Assembly: GCA_964450975.1 (NCBI GenBank)
Contig: CAYVFO010000006.1
Coordinates: forward strand, 1 to 40,193
DNA length: 40,193 bases
Origin: an uncultured Elusimicrobia bacterium
Lineage (GTDB): Bacteria; Elusimicrobiota; Elusimicrobia; UBA1565; UBA9628
Reading direction: 5' to 3'
Of this stretch, positions 25,704 through 34,243 are shown piece by piece (within the stretch, counting starts at the first letter, position 1; each line of letters begins with the position of its first letter). The position numbers and the translations under genes were made by a program. Under the pieces are notes generated by a model, which saw only the letters and a list, made by a program, of their open reading frames with translations, was not told the DNA's origin and ran no database searches.

Positions 25704-25780
25704 TGCGGGGTAGAGCAGCCCGGTAGCTCGCAAGGCTCATAACCTTGAGGTCGCTGGTTCAAATCCAGCCCCCGCAACCA
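25704..25780 (+). tRNA. tRNA-Met (CAT), initiator (fMet) type
   Basis: 77-nt cloverleaf, CTCATAA anticodon loop, GGTTCAAATCC T-arm, encoded CCA, A11-U24 pair, overall close to known bacterial initiator tRNAs. Confidence 0.95.
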
Positions 25781-25789
25781 ATTTAGTTT

Positions 25790-25853
25790 CGAACCCGTAA
25801 CGAGAAATGTCGGGACCGTCACCCTCAGGCTTCGGCCTGGGGGTTTTGTGTTT
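25790..25853 (+). ncRNA. Candidate structured small RNA, copy A; ends in an intrinsic terminator hairpin
   Basis: First 27 nt are 25/27 identical to 32391-32417; hairpin ACCCTCAGGC-TTCG-GCCTGGGGGT followed by a T-rich tail. Confidence 0.55.
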
Positions 25854-25864
25854 AAAGGAGAGGA

Positions 25865-26467
25865 TTGCCGGATAAATGGAAGCTGTTCGTCGCCGCGACG
25901 ATCGTGATCGCGGCGACCCCCGGACCGAACATGCTGCTCGTGATGACGAGCAGCGTGCGGGCCGGCTTCGTCCGCTCGTTCTGGACGATGGCGGGCTGCC
26001 TGACCGGCGTGATCGCGATGATGGCCGTCTCGGCCGCGGGGCTCGGCGCATTGCTCGAGGCGGCGCCGCGCGCGTTCGGGGCGCTCAAGCTCGCCGGAGC
26101 GGCCTACCTCGCCTATCTCGGCGTGAAGATGATCCTCGCGAAGGACGAGGGCGGCGCCGCCGCGCGCATCGACTCCGCGCATCTCTACCGCCAGGGGCTG
26201 CTCGTCTCCTTGTCCAACCCGAAGGCGATCCTCTTCGCCGCGGCGTTCCTCCCCCAGTTCCTCGACGCCGACAAGCCGCGCGCCGCGCAGTTCGGCGTCC
26301 TCGTGGCCCTGTTCGCCGTCATCGAGGTCGCGTGCTACCTCGCCTACGCGATCGGCGGCCGGCAGGCGGCGAGGCTCCTCGAGCGGCCGGGCGTGCGCCT
26401 CGCCTTCGACCGCGGCGCGGGGGCCCTGTTCGTGCTGTTCGCGGCACTTCTCGTCGTCGGAGCTTAG
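25865..26467 (+). CDS. LysE/RhtB-family amino-acid exporter
   Basis: TPGPNM, LKLAGAAYLAYLG, SNPKAILF...FLPQF; AGGAG SD before the TTG. Confidence 0.9.
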   Translation: MPDKWKLFVAATIVIAATPGPNMLLVMTSSVRAGFVRSFWTMAGCLTGVIAMMAVSAAGLGALLEAAPRAFGALKLAGAAYLAYLGVKMILAKDEGGAAARIDSAHLYRQGLLVSLSNPKAILFAAAFLPQFLDADKPRAAQFGVLVALFAVIEVACYLAYAIGGRQAARLLERPGVRLAFDRGAGALFVLFAALLVVGA

Positions 26468-26497
26468 CGCTCCGGACGGAGTTTCCTGAGTGTTTGG

Positions 26498-26526
26498 TTG
26501 AGAAAACCCTGATACGGGCTTATCCT
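26498..26526 (+). promoter_or_regulatory. sigma70-type promoter, leaderless
   Basis: TTGAGA-17 nt-TATCCT, 6 nt before ATG 26533. Confidence 0.7.
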
Positions 26527-26532
26527 GAGGTC

Positions 26533-27069
26533 ATGGATAACACCAGCTGGCTCGAGACCCCCGAGCGGCCTGACGAGGAGACCGGGACGGCGGCGATGCC
26601 GACCCCGGCGCTGAGCGCGGGCGCGCGGCGCTCCCTCAAAGGCCTGGCCGCGTCGACCGCCGCGCTCCTGGCGGCCGTCACCCTTTCCATCCACATGTCG
26701 TCCGACGCCTACGCCGCCAAGCCCAAGCTCAAGTACCGCGTCGCCCGGGTGGACATGGCGGGGCTCGACGCGATCGATATCGCGAAGGCGTACAAGATGG
26801 GCGGCGACGAGCTCACCGTGCTCGAGCGCCTCGGCGGCCGCGAGCGCGCGGCCGGCGGCGCCAAGCTGTGGACGGCCGAGCGCCTCGCGAAGGACTTCTA
26901 CCTCGTCGTCTTCCGTCCCGAGAACGGCGCCCCGTGCGCCTTCGAGGTGGACCTCGCCTCCGAGCGCGTGCTCGCGACGCCCGAGGCCGTCGAGTCGCTG
27001 ACGGCTCTCCGCGTGCGCGACGTGTCCGGAGCGGGGGCGTCCGGCGTCCTCGTCGCGCGCGCGGACTGA
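26533..27069 (+). CDS. Hypothetical single-pass membrane protein (178 aa)
   Basis: MDNTSWLETP... with one hydrophobic segment; own promoter; typical codon usage. Confidence 0.75.
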   Translation: MDNTSWLETPERPDEETGTAAMPTPALSAGARRSLKGLAASTAALLAAVTLSIHMSSDAYAAKPKLKYRVARVDMAGLDAIDIAKAYKMGGDELTVLERLGGRERAAGGAKLWTAERLAKDFYLVVFRPENGAPCAFEVDLASERVLATPEAVESLTALRVRDVSGAGASGVLVARAD

Positions 27070-27076
27070 GCGCGCG

Positions 27077-27298
27077 TCAGTGGTGGACCAGGTCGTCGTG
27101 CTTGCGGACCGACGGCGTCGTCCTGTGCGAGACTTTCCGCCCCGCGGCGATGCCGGCGATCATCGTGATCGCGAACAGCGCCAGGAACGCGACGAACAGG
27201 CCCTTGGCGATGCCGGCCGCCGTGCCCGCCACCCCGGTCATTCCGAACGCTCCGGCGATCAGCGCGACGACGAGAAACGTGAATGCCCATCGAAGCAT
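27077..27298 (-). CDS. DUF1328 (UPF0391) small membrane protein
   Basis: MLRWAFTFLVVALIAGAFGMTGVAGTAAGIAKGLF; GGAGG SD. Confidence 0.88.
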   Translation of the reverse strand: MLRWAFTFLVVALIAGAFGMTGVAGTAAGIAKGLFVAFLALFAITMIAGIAAGRKVSHRTTPSVRKHDDLVHH

Positions 27299-27389
27299 AA
27301 GCTCCTCCCGGGGGGAGCGTCGACGATAGTGTAGCTCCGCGCCTCGGGCGCCGCCGTCTCGGGGAAGCAACGATTTTGTTTAATACGTC

Positions 27390-28226
27390 ATGCGCGCGCG
27401 GCTGCTTCCCCTCCTCCTCGCCGCGATCGTCCTGAGCGGCTGCTCGGCCCGGTCGCGCCGCTTCGCCTCCTACCAGTTCGCCGGCAAAGCGCCCGCGATG
27501 ACGTGCAAAGAGGACGGCGCCGCGCGCTGGTGCCTGCACGAGACCAAGGACGCGGGCCCCGATCTCGTCTACTTCCTCCACTACGCGACCGGCGACGAGC
27601 GCAGCTGGAACCGCCTCGGCCTCTCGCGCGCCTTCTACAGCGAGTTCAAGAAGCTCGGCCGCAAGGCGCCGCGCGTCGTCACGGTCTCCTACGGCTCGCA
27701 CTGGCTGATGACCAACAAGCCGGGCAGGCAGACCGTCCTGCTCAAGGAGTTCGACGAGCTTCGCCGCCGCATCGAGGACGGCCTCGGCCCCGTCGAACGC
27801 CGCTTCGCGTGGGGCATGTCCCAGGGCGGCTACAACGCCGCAGAGCTCGTGCTCTCGGAGCCGGGCCTTTGGAGCGGCGCGGCGCTTTCGTGCCCCGCGC
27901 TGTACGCCGTGTCGCCGTACGCGAAGCTCGATAAGGAGGTCTGGGCGCGCGACGTCGAGGGCCGGCAGCTCTTCACGCACCGCATGGCCGACGACGCCAC
28001 GTGGACGGCGGAGAACCCGCTCGCGCTCGCCGCGGCCGCCGAGACGCTCCCGCCGTTCTGGATCGAGGCGAACCCCGACGACGAGTTCGGCTTCGCGGAC
28101 GGCGCGCGCGCCCTCGCGAAGGCGCTGCGCGACGCGGGCGGTGCCGCGACGCTCGTCGAGACCCCCGGCGGGCACTGCGCGATCGACGCCCGGGCCGCCG
28201 CGCGCTTCCTCGCGACCATCCAGTGA
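27390..28226 (+). CDS. Alpha/beta-hydrolase (esterase-like) lipoprotein
   Basis: LSGC lipobox; nucleophile GMSQGG; D and GGH triad candidates. Confidence 0.82.
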   Translation: MRARLLPLLLAAIVLSGCSARSRRFASYQFAGKAPAMTCKEDGAARWCLHETKDAGPDLVYFLHYATGDERSWNRLGLSRAFYSEFKKLGRKAPRVVTVSYGSHWLMTNKPGRQTVLLKEFDELRRRIEDGLGPVERRFAWGMSQGGYNAAELVLSEPGLWSGAALSCPALYAVSPYAKLDKEVWARDVEGRQLFTHRMADDATWTAENPLALAAAAETLPPFWIEANPDDEFGFADGARALAKALRDAGGAATLVETPGGHCAIDARAAARFLATIQ

Positions 28227-29437
28227 TCAAGGCCGAGCGGGTCGCGGCCGTCCGCTTCATCTTCGTCACGATCCTGCTCGACGCCGCGGGGCTCGGCATC
28301 CTCATTCCCGTCCTGCCCGACGTGCTCCGGCGCTTCTCGGACGATCCCGCGGTCGTCTCGGCCAACTTCGGCTGGTTCATCAGCGCCTACGCGCTCATGC
28401 AGTTCGCGGCTTCGCCCGTGCTCGGCTCGCTCTCCGACCGCTACGGCCGACGCTCGATCCTGCTCTCCTCGCTCCTCGGCGCCGCGCTCGACTACCTGTT
28501 CATGGCGTTCGCCCCGACCCTGCCCCTGCTGTTCGTCGGCCGCGCGATCTCGGGCCTGACGGGCGCTTCCATGACCGTCGCGAGCTCGTACATGGCCGAC
28601 ATCAGCGACGACAAGACGCGCTCGGCGAACTTCGGCATGATCGGCGCGGGCTGGGGCATCGGCTTCATCCTCGGCCCGCTCGCGGGCGGACTGCTCGCCT
28701 CGCTCGGGCCGAAGGCGCCGTTCATCGCGGCGGCGCTCCTCAACCTCGTCAACTTCCTCTACGGCTGGCTCTTGCTTCCCGAATCGCTGCCGCCCGAGCG
28801 CCGCCGCAAGACGAGCGCGCGCGAGCTCAACCCGATCGCGTCGATCTTCCGCATCGTCAAGCCGTCCGCGTTCGCGCCCTACATCTGGATCTACTTCCTC
28901 GTGTTCCTCGCCGGCCAGATCCACCCGGTGAACTGGACGCTCTACACGGAGACGAAGTTCGGCTGGTCGTCCTGGCAGGTCGGGCTGTCGCTGTCCTTCG
29001 TCGGCGTCATGATCGCCGTCGCGCAGGGCGGCCTGACGCGCGTGATCGTGCCGAAGCTCGGCGAGCAGCGCTCGCTGACGCTCGGGTTGACGATCTTCGC
29101 GGTCTCCTTCGCGCTGTTCTCCGTCGCGTCGAAGGGCTGGATGATGTACGCGATCGTCGTGCTCTTCTCCTTGTCGGGCATCACGATGCCGTCGCTGCAG
29201 TCGATCCTCGCCAAGCACGTCCCCCCCGACCGCCAGGGCGAGATGCAGGGCAGCCTCGTCTCGCTCGGCAGCCTCTCCTCGATCTTGGCGCCTCTGATCT
29301 TCACGTCCTTGTTCGTGCGCTTCACCTCCGGCGGCGGCGCGTACTTTCCGGGCGCGGCGTACCTCGGCGCCTCCGGGATCTGCTGCTTTACGCTCGCGTT
29401 CCGCCTCTGGCTCGCCTCGCGCGAGCGCCGCGCGTGA
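28223..29437 (+). CDS. TetA-like (DHA1/TCR) MFS efflux transporter
   Basis: LDAAGLGILIPVLP, YALMQF..SPVLGSLSDRYGRR, GFILGP..GG, QGEMQG; substrate unknown. Confidence 0.9.
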   Translation: MIKAERVAAVRFIFVTILLDAAGLGILIPVLPDVLRRFSDDPAVVSANFGWFISAYALMQFAASPVLGSLSDRYGRRSILLSSLLGAALDYLFMAFAPTLPLLFVGRAISGLTGASMTVASSYMADISDDKTRSANFGMIGAGWGIGFILGPLAGGLLASLGPKAPFIAAALLNLVNFLYGWLLLPESLPPERRRKTSARELNPIASIFRIVKPSAFAPYIWIYFLVFLAGQIHPVNWTLYTETKFGWSSWQVGLSLSFVGVMIAVAQGGLTRVIVPKLGEQRSLTLGLTIFAVSFALFSVASKGWMMYAIVVLFSLSGITMPSLQSILAKHVPPDRQGEMQGSLVSLGSLSSILAPLIFTSLFVRFTSGGGAYFPGAAYLGASGICCFTLAFRLWLASRERRA

Positions 29438-30378
29438 AGCGCGCGCTCTGGTCCGCGGCCGTCCTCGCCTCGCTTCCCGTCCTGGTACTGCTGAGCGCCG
29501 CGGTGCGGGAGCGCTCCGCGGACCGTCCGCCGGAAGGCCGCCTCGTTTCCGCGGGCGACGTCTCTCTCTACGTCCAGGAAGCGGGCCCCGTGGACGGCCC
29601 GGTCGTCTTGTTCACGCACGGGATGGGCGCGTGGAGCGGCCTGTGGCGGCCCCTGCTCGACCCGCTCGCAGCCGCGGGCATCCGCTGCGTCGCCGTGGAC
29701 CTGCCGCCGTTCGGCTTCTCCGAGCGCCCGGCGAGCGGCGACTACTCGCGCGCCGCGCAGGCGCGCCGCCTCTGGGCGCTCGCCGACTCGCTCGGCGCGC
29801 GGAAGGTCTCCTTCGTCGGGCACTCGTTCGGCAGCGGCGCCGTCGCGGAAGCCGCGCTCGCCGAGCCCGGGCGCGTCGAAAAGCTGATCCTCATCGCGCC
29901 CGCGCTCGGCCTCGACGCGCCGGGGCCGCCGTCGGCGCTCGCGCGCGCGGCGCTCGGCGTCCGCCCGCTCCGCCAGGCGCTCGTCGCGGCCACGCTCGCC
30001 AATCCGCTGCTCGTGCGGCGGGGCCTGACCGGCTTCATGGCGCGCGACGAGGCCGCCACGCCGGAGCGCGTCGAGATCCTCCGCCGCCCGCAGCGCGCGA
30101 AGGGCTATGTGCGCGGTCTCGGCGAGTGGCTGCCGGGCTTCGTTCTCGGCGGCGAGGCCTCGCCCAGTTTCGACCGCGCGGCCTACGCGCGGCTTGCCAT
30201 GCCCGTCCGGCTCATCTGGGGCGACAAGGACGAGACCACGCCGCTGGCGCAGGGCGAGGCGCTCGCGAAGTCGATCCCGGGCGCGGAGCTCGTCGTCCTG
30301 CCCGGAATCGGCCACATGCCGCAGCTCGAGGACCCCGCCCGCGTGCAGGCGCTGCTCGTCGAGCGCCTGAAGCGCTGA
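29434..30378 (+). CDS. Alpha/beta-hydrolase with N-terminal anchor
   Basis: HGMG, DLPPFGFS, GHSFG, IWGDKD, GHMPQLE. Confidence 0.9.
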   Translation: MKRALWSAAVLASLPVLVLLSAAVRERSADRPPEGRLVSAGDVSLYVQEAGPVDGPVVLFTHGMGAWSGLWRPLLDPLAAAGIRCVAVDLPPFGFSERPASGDYSRAAQARRLWALADSLGARKVSFVGHSFGSGAVAEAALAEPGRVEKLILIAPALGLDAPGPPSALARAALGVRPLRQALVAATLANPLLVRRGLTGFMARDEAATPERVEILRRPQRAKGYVRGLGEWLPGFVLGGEASPSFDRAAYARLAMPVRLIWGDKDETTPLAQGEALAKSIPGAELVVLPGIGHMPQLEDPARVQALLVERLKR

Positions 30379-30606
30379 TCACTCGCCGCCTTTCGTGTCC
30401 TCGACGTCGGGGTCCGACACGGCCTGGTCGATGGACGTGCGCGGATCGCCCTTGAACCTGTCGGGCTGGACCGCGTTGTAGGCCGCCGCGACCGCGGCGT
30501 CGAGCGGCGCGCTCGCCGGGCGAGTCGGACCGCCGCTCGAGACGCCGTCCTCGATCTTCTTCGTCTTGCGCGTGCTCTTGATGCGCGATGTCTTGGCGGG
30601 CTTCAT
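30379..30606 (-). CDS. Small hypothetical protein (75 aa)
   Basis: GGAGG SD, upstream TAAACT, fills the gap between neighbours. Confidence 0.65.
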   Translation of the reverse strand: MKPAKTSRIKSTRKTKKIEDGVSSGGPTRPASAPLDAAVAAAYNAVQPDRFKGDPRTSIDQAVSDPDVEDTKGGE

Positions 30607-30675
30607 GAGACCTCCGTTTCAATCAGTTTACCCGGCCGTCGCGTCTCGGCGAGGTCACTTTGTTATGATGGCGCC

Positions 30676-32034
30676 ATGAGCCAGGACAAGGCGACGATCC
30701 GGCGCGTCATCCTCGCGTCGAGCCTCGGGACGCTGTTCGAGTGGTACGACTTCTACCTCTACGGCAGCCTGGCCGTCTTCTTCGGCGCGAAGTTCTTCCC
30801 GCCCGGCGACGAGACCGCGCAGCTGCTCGCGAGCCTCGCGACGTTCGGCGCCGGCTTCGGCGTGCGCCCGCTCGGCGCGCTCGTCTTCGGCCACGTCGGC
30901 GACCTCGTCGGGCGCAAGTACACCTTCCTCGTCACCATGGCGACGATGGGCCTCTCGACCGCGCTCGTCGGCTTTCTGCCGACGTACGAGACCGCGGGAC
31001 TCTGGGCGACGTCGGCGCTCGTCGGCCTGCGCCTGCTCCAGGGCCTGGCGCTCGGCGGCGAGTACGGCGGCGCGGCGACCTACGTCGCCGAGCACGTGCC
31101 CGACGAGCGCCGCGGCTACTACACCGCCTACATCCAGACGACGGCGACTCTCGGCTTCTTCCTCTCCATGCTCGTCATCGGCGGCACGCGCCTGGCGATG
31201 GGCGAGGCCGCGTTCAAGACCGGCGAAGGGGCCGCGTTCGCGGGCTGGCGCGTGCCGTTCGTCTTCAGCTTCCTGCTGCTCGGCGTGAGCCTCTACATCC
31301 GCGTGAAGATGAAGGAGAGCCCGCTGTTCACGAAGCTCAAGGCGGCCGGAAAGGTCTCGGTGAACCCGCTCAAGGAGAGCTTCCTCAATCCGGTCAACCG
31401 CCGCTACGTGCTCATCGCGCTGTTCGGCGCCGCCGCCGGCCAGGGCGTCGTCTGGTACACCGGGCAGTTCTACGCGCTCACGTTCCTGCAGACCGCGCTC
31501 AAGCTCGACTGGAAGACGGCGTATCTCGTCGTCTCCGCGGCTTTGCTCATCGGCACGCCGCTGTTCCTGTATTTCGGCCACCTGTCGGACACGCTCGGCC
31601 GCAAGAGGATCATGCTCGCGGGCTGCGCGCTCGCGGCGCTGACGTACGTGCCGATCTACATGGGGATGAAGGCGTACTCGGACCCGGTCAACGTCCCCGT
31701 CCTGATCGCGCTCGTCTCGCTGCAGATGGTCTACGTCGCGATGGTCTACGGCCCGATCGCGGCGTTCCTCGTCGAGCTGTTCCCGACGAACATCCGCTAC
31801 ACGTCGATGTCCCTCCCCTACCACCTCGGCAACGGCTGGTTCGGCGGCTTCCTGCCGCTGATCGCGACGGCGCTCACGGCGTCGGAGTGGGCCAAGACGA
31901 CGCTCGGCGACAACGCGATCTACGCGGGCCTCATCTATCCCATCGCCGTCTGCGTCCTCACGATCTGCGTCGGCGGACTGCTGATCAAAGAGACGAAAAA
32001 TCATAAGATCGATACCGCCGAAAGAGCCGCGTAA
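30676..32034 (+). CDS. MFS transporter, metabolite:H+ symporter (MHS) family
   Basis: GTLFEWYDFYLY, RPLGALVFG..GDLVGRK, LQGLALGGEYGGA, ELFPTNIRY. Confidence 0.93.
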   Translation: MSQDKATIRRVILASSLGTLFEWYDFYLYGSLAVFFGAKFFPPGDETAQLLASLATFGAGFGVRPLGALVFGHVGDLVGRKYTFLVTMATMGLSTALVGFLPTYETAGLWATSALVGLRLLQGLALGGEYGGAATYVAEHVPDERRGYYTAYIQTTATLGFFLSMLVIGGTRLAMGEAAFKTGEGAAFAGWRVPFVFSFLLLGVSLYIRVKMKESPLFTKLKAAGKVSVNPLKESFLNPVNRRYVLIALFGAAAGQGVVWYTGQFYALTFLQTALKLDWKTAYLVVSAALLIGTPLFLYFGHLSDTLGRKRIMLAGCALAALTYVPIYMGMKAYSDPVNVPVLIALVSLQMVYVAMVYGPIAAFLVELFPTNIRYTSMSLPYHLGNGWFGGFLPLIATALTASEWAKTTLGDNAIYAGLIYPIAVCVLTICVGGLLIKETKNHKIDTAERAA

Positions 32035-32046
32035 AGGAGACCCCCA

Positions 32047-32322
32047 ATGAAAGCCAGCGCCCGCCACATCCTCGTCCCGACCAAGGACGCCTGCGAGAAC
32101 CTCAAGAAGCAGATCGAGGGAGGCTCCGACTTCGCCGCCCTCGCCAAGCAGCACTCGAAGTGCCCCTCCGGCGCCCGCGGCGGCGACTTGGGCGAGTTCG
32201 GCCCCGGACAGATGGTCCCCGAGTTCGACAAGGTCGTCTTCTCCGCGCCCGTCGGGAAGGTGCAGGGCCCGGTGCAGACCCAGTTCGGCTACCACCTCAT
32301 CGAGATCACCAAGCGCGGCTGA
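32047..32322 (+). CDS. ppiC: Parvulin peptidyl-prolyl isomerase
   Basis: [37 protein letters not shown]; 91 aa; AAGGAG SD. Confidence 0.93.
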   Translation: MKASARHILVPTKDACENLKKQIEGGSDFAALAKQHSKCPSGARGGDLGEFGPGQMVPEFDKVVFSAPVGKVQGPVQTQFGYHLIEITKRG

Positions 32323-32337
32323 TTTCCGTCACGCGTT

Positions 32338-32367
32338 CGTTGCGCGCGCTTCATGGCGCGCGCAACG
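32338..32367. repeat. Perfect 12-bp inverted repeat after ppiC
   Basis: CGTTGCGCGCGC-TTCATG-GCGCGCGCAACG; no U-tract, so terminator versus operator is unresolved. Confidence 0.7.
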
Positions 32368-32390
32368 CGGGACGGCTATGATGTCGGCAA

Positions 32391-32455
32391 CGAACCCGTA
32401 ACCAGAAATATCGGGACAAGAACCCTCGGGACGAAAGCCCGGGGGTTTCGCGTTT
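32391..32455 (+). ncRNA. Candidate structured small RNA, copy B
   Basis: Starts 8 nt after TATGAT (32377-32382); homologous to 25790-25853; hairpin with GAAA loop and T-rich tail. Confidence 0.55.
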
Positions 32456-32468
32456 CCGGGCGGCCGGC

Positions 32469-32522
32469 TTCAGCATTCCTTAAGCGCCCCCTAAGGGCCC
32501 CGCAGGCGCCCCCGCGCATACT
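32469..32522 (+). promoter_or_regulatory. Triple direct repeat (11-bp period) plus -10, OmpR/PhoB-box-like
   Basis: TTCAG-N6-TTAAG-N6-CTAAG-N21-CATACT-N6-ATG; same spacing at 38791-38844. Confidence 0.7.
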
Positions 32523-32528
32523 GGAGGC

Positions 32529-33338
32529 ATGACAAGAGACCGCCTCGTCGACCCCGCCGCCCTCCAGCATCAGGAAATCCCCTTCTCGCTCGTGATGGGC
32601 GTCGTGTCCTTCCTCGGACGGGAGAACCCCCTCGTCCGCTTTCCCGACATCCTCTGGGCGTTCGCGGCGATGCTCGCCTTCAACCTCGCCTACCACAGGC
32701 TGCTGCGCGCCTCCACCGGCGCCGCCGTGCCCCTCGTCTCGATGGCGGTCAACATCGCGCTGAGCTCGCTGGTCGTCGGCCTCTCGGGCGGCGAGAAGTC
32801 GAGCTTCTGGCCGCTGTACCTGCTGCCGATCTTCACCGCCTGCCTGCATCTGCAGATGGCCCACGTGCGCGGGGCGCTCGCCGCCTGCGCGGCGTTCCTC
32901 GCCTATTTCTACCTGGAAGCGTTCTGGGACGGTCGCCCCTGGGAGGCCTGCGAGTTCGCGATCAAAGCCGGCGTCCTGATCTTCTCGGCGCTCGTCACGG
33001 CGCAGATCTCCTTCAAAGAGCGGGAGCAGCGCCGCGACCTGGCCGGGGCGCGCGAGCGCCTCGACGCGCTCGCGAGATCGCTCGAGCGCCGCCGCGCGGC
33101 GGAGCGCGGCGCGATCGGCCGCATGAGCCTCGACGAGGCCCTGCCCGGCCTGCTCCATTCGTTGAACAACCCCCTCGGCGTCATCATGGGATCGGTGGAG
33201 CTGCTGCTGCGCGAGGCGCCGGAAGGCTCGCTCCAGCGCGCGGATCTCGAGCGCGTGCGCGCCGCGGCGGCGCGGCTGGCGCTCGTCAGCGACGACCTGC
33301 GCGCGTGCGCGGGCCTCCGCGTCAAGGAGGGCGCGTGA
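32529..33338 (+). CDS. Multi-pass membrane protein ending in a HisKA (DHp) domain, no ATPase domain
   Basis: About 5 hydrophobic segments, coiled linker, LLHSLNNPLGVIMG H-box, stop soon after the DHp helices. Confidence 0.8.
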   Translation: MTRDRLVDPAALQHQEIPFSLVMGVVSFLGRENPLVRFPDILWAFAAMLAFNLAYHRLLRASTGAAVPLVSMAVNIALSSLVVGLSGGEKSSFWPLYLLPIFTACLHLQMAHVRGALAACAAFLAYFYLEAFWDGRPWEACEFAIKAGVLIFSALVTAQISFKEREQRRDLAGARERLDALARSLERRRAAERGAIGRMSLDEALPGLLHSLNNPLGVIMGSVELLLREAPEGSLQRADLERVRAAAARLALVSDDLRACAGLRVKEGA

Positions 33339-34243
33339 AAATCCTCGTCGTGGACGACGAGGCCGGCATCCGCGAGATCTGCAGGCGGGCGCTGACCGCG
33401 GAGGGCCACGAGGTCGTCTCGTGCTGCTCGGGAGACGAAGCCCTGCCGCGTCTCGGCGAGGGCTGGGATCTGGTCCTCAGCGACGTCTCGATGCCGGGCC
33501 GCGTCGGCGGAAACGAGCTCCTTCGGCGCGCGCGCCACGAGACCGGAGCCGAGGTCGCCTTGATGACGGCCTGCCCGACGGTCGAGTCGTCCGTCGCCGC
33601 TCTCAAAGACGGAGCGTGCGACTACCTGCTCAAGCCGTTCGCCCTCGACGCCCTTCTCGACCTCGTCCGCCGCCGCGCCGAGGGGCGCCCGCGCGCCGTC
33701 GCGATCGAGCCGCGCCGCCAGCGCGAGGCGACGATCCTGTTCGCCGACATCCGGGGCTTCACGGCCTACTCCGAGAAGGTCTCTCCCGAGGAGGCCGCCG
33801 CGGCGCTCGACGAGCGGCTCGCGATGTTCGTCGAAGCCGTGCGCGCCGAGGGCGGCACGATCAACAAGCTCATCGGCGACGGCGCGATGGCCGTGTTCGG
33901 CCTGCCCCTGCCGCACGCCGACCCGGCCGGCGCGGCCGCCCGCGCGGCCCTGCGCGCGCGCGACGCGGTCGCGCGTCTCGGCGGCCTCCGCTTCGGCTTC
34001 GGGATCAATTCCGGCCTCGTCGCCGCGGGACGCCTCGGCGTGGAGGGCGGCGCGGAATACGGGGTCATCGGCGCTCCCGTGAACGTGGCGTCGCGCCTCG
34101 AGGGCGCGGCGGGAGCCGGAGCGATCCTCGCCGGGCCCGCCGCGGCGGCGCTGCTCGCCGGGCGCTTCACGCTCGGCCCCGAGCGCAGCCTCGCGCTCGA
34201 CGGCCTGCGGGAGCCGGTCGCGGCCTCGCCGGTCCTCGGCTAG
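33335..34243 (+). CDS. Receiver domain + class III adenylate/guanylate cyclase
   Basis: ILVVDDE...DLVLSD...YLLKPF; ILFADIRGFT, KLIGDGAM, VIGAPVNVASRLE. Confidence 0.92.
   Translation: MKILVVDDEAGIREICRRALTAEGHEVVSCCSGDEALPRLGEGWDLVLSDVSMPGRVGGNELLRRARHETGAEVALMTACPTVESSVAALKDGACDYLLKPFALDALLDLVRRRAEGRPRAVAIEPRRQREATILFADIRGFTAYSEKVSPEEAAAALDERLAMFVEAVRAEGGTINKLIGDGAMAVFGLPLPHADPAGAAARAALRARDAVARLGGLRFGFGINSGLVAAGRLGVEGGAEYGVIGAPVNVASRLEGAAGAGAILAGPAAAALLAGRFTLGPERSLALDGLREPVAASPVLG

Noticed and set aside
28223-29437. Acquired tetracycline-resistance gene tetA
   Set aside because: Family-level similarity only; no tetR or mobile context, and it is embedded between two hydrolase genes.
25780-32455. 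Genomic island integrated at tRNA-Met and bounded by the repeated element as attL/attR
   Set aside because: The repeat excludes the tRNA 3' end, there is no integrase, and the intervening genes have host-like composition; covariation fits an RNA structure better.
22098-34243. Caspase plus cyclase as a CBASS/Pycsar-like defence system
   Set aside because: The genes are about 8 kb apart in unrelated operons; the caspase is secreted and the cyclase is a receiver-fused signalling type.
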